Source: Pedosphaera sp. (GTDB taxonomy: Bacteria > Verrucomicrobiota > Verrucomicrobiia > Limisphaerales > SIBH01). From it: a stretch of DNA of 64,000 nt. The number at the start of each line of letters is the position of its first letter. Position 1 is the first letter of the stretch. The DNA is taken from assembly GCA_031414955.1 (NCBI GenBank), contig JANOQV010000012.1, positions 31,100 through 95,099 on the forward strand. The letters run 5' to 3'. The notes beneath the pieces are model-generated. The model had not been told where the DNA came from. It was given only the letters and a program-made list of their open reading frames with translations, and ran no database searches. Of the stretch, positions 60,835 to 64,000 are shown piece after piece. The position numbers were made by a program, and so were the translations under genes.

Positions 60835-61422
60835 TTAAGGCGTCGGCGGCGTCGGCGTGGGGCCACCGCCGCCCCCGCGCGGGAAGAACCGCTTGAGATT
60901 GTCGAGGATGGTATTCGCGCCGGGCACGTTGCGCTTCGCGGCCTGCTTCACGTTGCTGTAGAAACTCAGGTAGGCCATGTAAGTGTCCACCCCCGCCGCC
61001 GTCTGCGTGTCATCCACGCCTTCGCAGAGCGGGCCGAGCTGCTGGAAGATCTCGCGCAAGGCCGAGCGCAGGGCGCGATCCTTGTTCACTTCGGCCAGGT
61101 CCACGAAGCCCGGCACCAGTTCGGGATGCGCGGCCATTTCCAGGGCGAAGGCCTCATCCATGCCGCTGCGGATGGTGCTCATCTTGGGCAGCGAACTTTT
61201 CTCCTCCGTGGTGAGGTTGAGCAGAAAGGGCAGTAGCGCGGTGATTTCATCCAGCTTGGTCAGGATGGTGTTTTTATTGGCCGAGGTCAGCTCGGCCGAG
61301 ATGCGATTATCCATGGTTTGTGTATGAGTTGAGGTTTGCGGTTGATGGCCATCCCAAGTGAGTTCGGGCGAATCCCACGACCAGGCGGGGTTCGGCGCGT
61401 CCCAAGTGAGCGGCGTTGACAT
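60835..61422 (-). CDS. Conserved-looking hypothetical protein (no assignable function)
   Basis: Coding-like composition. 'LTTEEKSSLPKMSTIRSGMDEAF..EMAAHPELVPGFVDLAEVNKD..L...L..I...L......VDDTQTAAGVDTYMAYLSFYSNVKQAAKRNVPGANTILDNLKRFF'. The start is ambiguous (ATG at 61422 or ATG at 61314). Confidence 0.5.
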   Translation of the reverse strand: MSTPLTWDAPNPAWSWDSPELTWDGHQPQTSTHTQTMDNRISAELTSANKNTILTKLDEITALLPFLLNLTTEEKSSLPKMSTIRSGMDEAFALEMAAHPELVPGFVDLAEVNKDRALRSALREIFQQLGPLCEGVDDTQTAAGVDTYMAYLSFYSNVKQAAKRNVPGANTILDNLKRFFPRGGGGGPTPTPPTP

Positions 61423-61639
61423 GCCCGTGGATATACGCCGGAGACGCGGCGGGCATAAGAGGAACAGTTGTTCCCCCCGGAGAACCGCCTCGCATTGCGA
61501 ATGTGGTGGAACCGGCCGCGCTGCGACCAGGAGCGCCGCGTAACAGCGGCGCAACAAACTCGCGAGAGTCTCGCCCGGTCGCACGCCCCACCCGGACCGC
61601 CCGCTGATGCGCGGGCGAGTTGTCGCAGCGCGACGACTG

Positions 61640-61954
61640 CTACCTCGCCACCCGCGCGCGGCGCTCGGCCTCGCGCACGAGCTGCCACGGAAATAATTCC
61701 AGCGCGTGCCCCAGTCGCGCCAGCGTGTCCAGCCCCGGCACGCGCTTGGCCCGCTCCACCAGCGACACGGCCTGATGCGACAAGCGCGAGCGCCGCGCCA
61801 GTTCCTTGAGCGACAGACCGAGCTTGACCCGCCGCTCGCGCAGCAACTCCGGCAGGGCCAGACAGACTGGTTCCAACAACGCGCGCGGCCCGGCCTGAGG
61901 TGCGCGCCGGGGGAGCGGTGGGGAGGAACTCTTTCGGGATGATTTCTTTTTCAT
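61640..61954 (-). CDS. XRE-family helix-turn-helix transcriptional regulator
   Basis: 'LRERRVKLGLSLKELARRSRLSHQAVSLVERAKRVPGLDTLARLGHALEL' is a classic Cro/C1 HTH. The start is chosen at MKKKSS (61954). Confidence 0.7.
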   Translation of the reverse strand: MKKKSSRKSSSPPLPRRAPQAGPRALLEPVCLALPELLRERRVKLGLSLKELARRSRLSHQAVSLVERAKRVPGLDTLARLGHALELFPWQLVREAERRARVAR

Positions 61955-62477
61955 GCCCGCGAGCCTCGCCCAAGGGATGGGACAAATACGGTCCCACCGG
62001 GGAAATAGTTTCGGAGCCAGCCAGGTGGGCGGCGACGAAATCCGGACCGGTTTCCAGGCAGGAGAAATCCATGCACCACAAACATATCCCGCCCGCCGAG
62101 GGTTCAATCTTCGGTGTAAAATTGGGAAACGAAGTCGGGTGCGGACCTGGCGGAGTGCCGCCATCGCCCCCGTTTGGGCGCTGGTTTGGGCTGGGAATGG
62201 CCGCAAGAATCGGGGCCTTCTGGCCAAGCCCGGTCAAGCGCGGGCCACCGGCTCAGGGCAATAATCGAGCATGAAGACCAGGGACCAAATGCACCCAAGC
62301 CCGCCGAGAAAGATGATCGGCCAGCACGAACCGGCGTGCCATAGCGAGTTGAAGAAACTAGGAACCGACCGCTCACGCTAATGGGTGCCCCCGTTATGAC
62401 CCCGTTACGACGACGCGGGCGACACCGACCTGCTGCGGGATGGACAAACCCAGGGACTTCAGGTAGGAAAATGAACG

Positions 62478-63296
62478 TTGAAAGCGCTGACCATACTCTT
62501 CGTTTCAATTGTTTCCATCCTGGCCCAAAGCCCGCCCCCGGCGCACCGTCTGCTTGGCACCAACATTGTAGATTTCACTTGGGTGTTGCGGGAACTGGCT
62601 AATCCCAATTCGGCGGTTGACTGGCACCGCAAATACATTGCGGCTGGTAAAGTGGAAAAAGTTTCCGCGGGCGGACTCATCGCGCTGGCCCAGACGCGAA
62701 AAGTTTACGAGTACAACACCGACTCTGTGAGCGGGCAACTGACGCGCCAGTACGGGGGCGGGTCCGATATGCTCGGCATGATGGCCGCGGCCAGGCTCGG
62801 GCAGAACGGTCCCATTAGCGCGGGCCATTACTTCTCGCTCAGCCCCAATCTGCGCCAGTATTTCAACGAAGTGAACCTGAAGACGGTGGTGACGGTGCGT
62901 GGCTATGAGCAGCCAACCTTCGTTGGTCAGAGTCTGGAGTTGGTCGCATGGCCGGTCGGCGTGAATACATTTGACTATGGCACGCCGGTGGCTGGCAACC
63001 TGGGTGACAAGGCCAGATTCGTCCTCAACGTGGGACCCAACGGAGTGACCACGTCACGCGCGGCGTCCACCGCAGATTTGAAACAGAGCGAGGCTGTGGC
63101 CTTCGAGCGCCAGCGTATCGCAGCCACCAACGGATCCGGCTCGGCGCAGTACGAGGTCGGCAAGCGATACCTGACCGCCGAGGAATTCGAACTGGCCCGC
63201 CACTGGCTGATGGCCGCGAAGACCAATGGATATGCGCAAGCCGCCGATAGGCTGCTCGAGAAGATCAAGCCTTCCAGTGCTCTCCCCGGCAAATGA
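62478..63296 (+). CDS. Secreted hypothetical protein with a C-terminal Sel1-like repeat
   Basis: TTG start about 9 nt after an AGGAAA. Signal peptide MKALTILFVSIVSILAQS. The C-terminal 'GSGSAQYEVGKRYLTAEEFELARHWLMAAKTNGYAQAADRL' is Sel1/TPR-like. Confidence 0.55.
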   Translation: MKALTILFVSIVSILAQSPPPAHRLLGTNIVDFTWVLRELANPNSAVDWHRKYIAAGKVEKVSAGGLIALAQTRKVYEYNTDSVSGQLTRQYGGGSDMLGMMAAARLGQNGPISAGHYFSLSPNLRQYFNEVNLKTVVTVRGYEQPTFVGQSLELVAWPVGVNTFDYGTPVAGNLGDKARFVLNVGPNGVTTSRAASTADLKQSEAVAFERQRIAATNGSGSAQYEVGKRYLTAEEFELARHWLMAAKTNGYAQAADRLLEKIKPSSALPGK

Positions 63297-63346
63297 CTGG
63301 CTGAATTTTCGGTGGGCAAACCCGGCTCTCTTGTTAAGCTCCTTCT

Positions 63347-63838
63347 GTGCGAACGGTCATTTATCCCGGCAGCTTCGATCCCCTCACGAACGGTCATCTC
63401 GACATCGTGCAGCGGGCCGCCAAGCTGTTTGACACGGTGATCGTGGCCGTGGCGGACAACGAAGGGAAGAAGCCGCTGTTTACGTTGCAGGAACGGATTG
63501 CGCTGGTGCAGGAATCCATCGGTTCCCTGCCCAATGTGAAAGTGGACTCGTTCAATGGGCTGCTGGTCGATTACGTGGAGAGCCGGGGCGGCCAGGCGGT
63601 CATTCGCGGATTGCGCGCCATCTCGGACTTCGAGTTTGAATTCCAACTGGCGCTGATGAACCGTAAGCTTAACGAGCGCGTCGAGACGATCTTCATGATG
63701 CCGAAGGAGACTTACACGTTTCTCAGCTCCCGCATCATCAAGGAAATCGCCCGGCTCCACGGCGATGTCCGGTCATTTGTCCCGGCGCATGTCGAAGCCG
63801 CCCTGAAAACGAAATTGGCGAAAGCGGTGAAGCATTGA
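63347..63838 (+). CDS. coaD: Phosphopantetheine adenylyltransferase
   Basis: GTG start. 'VIYPGSFDPLTNGHLDIVQRA', 'KKPLFTLQERI', 'IRGLRAISDFEFEFQLALMNR' and 'ETIFMMP...FLSSRIIKEIARLHGDV' are collinear with E. coli CoaD. Confidence 0.93.
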   Translation: MRTVIYPGSFDPLTNGHLDIVQRAAKLFDTVIVAVADNEGKKPLFTLQERIALVQESIGSLPNVKVDSFNGLLVDYVESRGGQAVIRGLRAISDFEFEFQLALMNRKLNERVETIFMMPKETYTFLSSRIIKEIARLHGDVRSFVPAHVEAALKTKLAKAVKH

Positions 63839-63924
63839 GAAGGGTCTGATCCTGGGACTGGTGCGAGGCGCGGCCATCTGCGCCTGATTCATCAGCTCAT
63901 GGAGAACTCAAACGAGAGGCATCT

Positions 63925-64000
63925 ATGCCATTAACATTTAACATCTGCCACTTGGGGAAGAAAGATCTCCACCTTCAGGGCGAGTTACCGGTCGAGGAAC
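63925..64000 (+). CDS. 5' fragment of a possible DUF177/YceD-like protein (runs off the window)
   Basis: ATG at 63925, 'MPLTFNICHLGKKDLHLQGELPVEE'. This resembles DUF177 N-termini, which are commonly found downstream of coaD. Only 25 codons are visible. Confidence 0.3.
   Translation, partial: MPLTFNICHLGKKDLHLQGELPVEE

Overview
High-GC bacterial chromosome segment. By eye most lines exceed 60% GC, and there is a visibly lower-GC block at about 51.8-57.4 kb. Gene content points to the PVC superphylum, most likely Verrucomicrobiota: a DUF1501 / DUF1549-DUF1553 / PSCyt-WD40 trio, giant Ig and RCC1 surface proteins, and many families of GC-rich palindromic repeats. I call 39 protein-coding genes (two with weak support) and one tRNA-Gly(UCC). 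Housekeeping genes are pilT, uvrA, a CbiX-like chelatase, a TauE exporter, ggt, an FAH-family hydrolase, gmd, a GT9 glycosyltransferase and coaD. The accessory content is mostly envelope and signalling genes. (1) A minus-strand operon encodes a FecR-TPR-outer-membrane barrel, a CHASE2 Ser/Thr kinase and an ECF sigma factor (21.6-28.3 kb). It sits divergently next to two tandem giant RCC1/Ig paralogues (1402 and about 2211 aa) separated by a TacA/TacT-type toxin-antitoxin pair. (2) A second FecR + CHASE2 (adenylate cyclase) pair sits divergently next to a 1503-aa Ig-repeat protein. (3) A small XRE / hypothetical / tail-collar-like cassette contains a 21-bp periodic repeat array and a heptanucleotide repeat tract. 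The three strongest sequence-level observations follow. (a) A bipartite motif AAGAT(A/T)TTTTCAAA-N16-CGT(A/G)T occurs five times, twice ahead of each RCC1 gene and once ahead of an FHA gene. It resembles an ECF-type promoter, and a weaker copy faces the sigma operon, so it suggests an ECF/kinase regulon. (b) Dispersed repeat elements are inserted in frame into uvrA (four times), the CbiX-like gene and the FecR-barrel gene. One element is translated in two different frames within the same gene. (c) Both CHASE2 transducers are paired with a FecR-domain protein and with a giant secreted protein. All functional calls come from reading motifs in the supplied translations. No database search was run.
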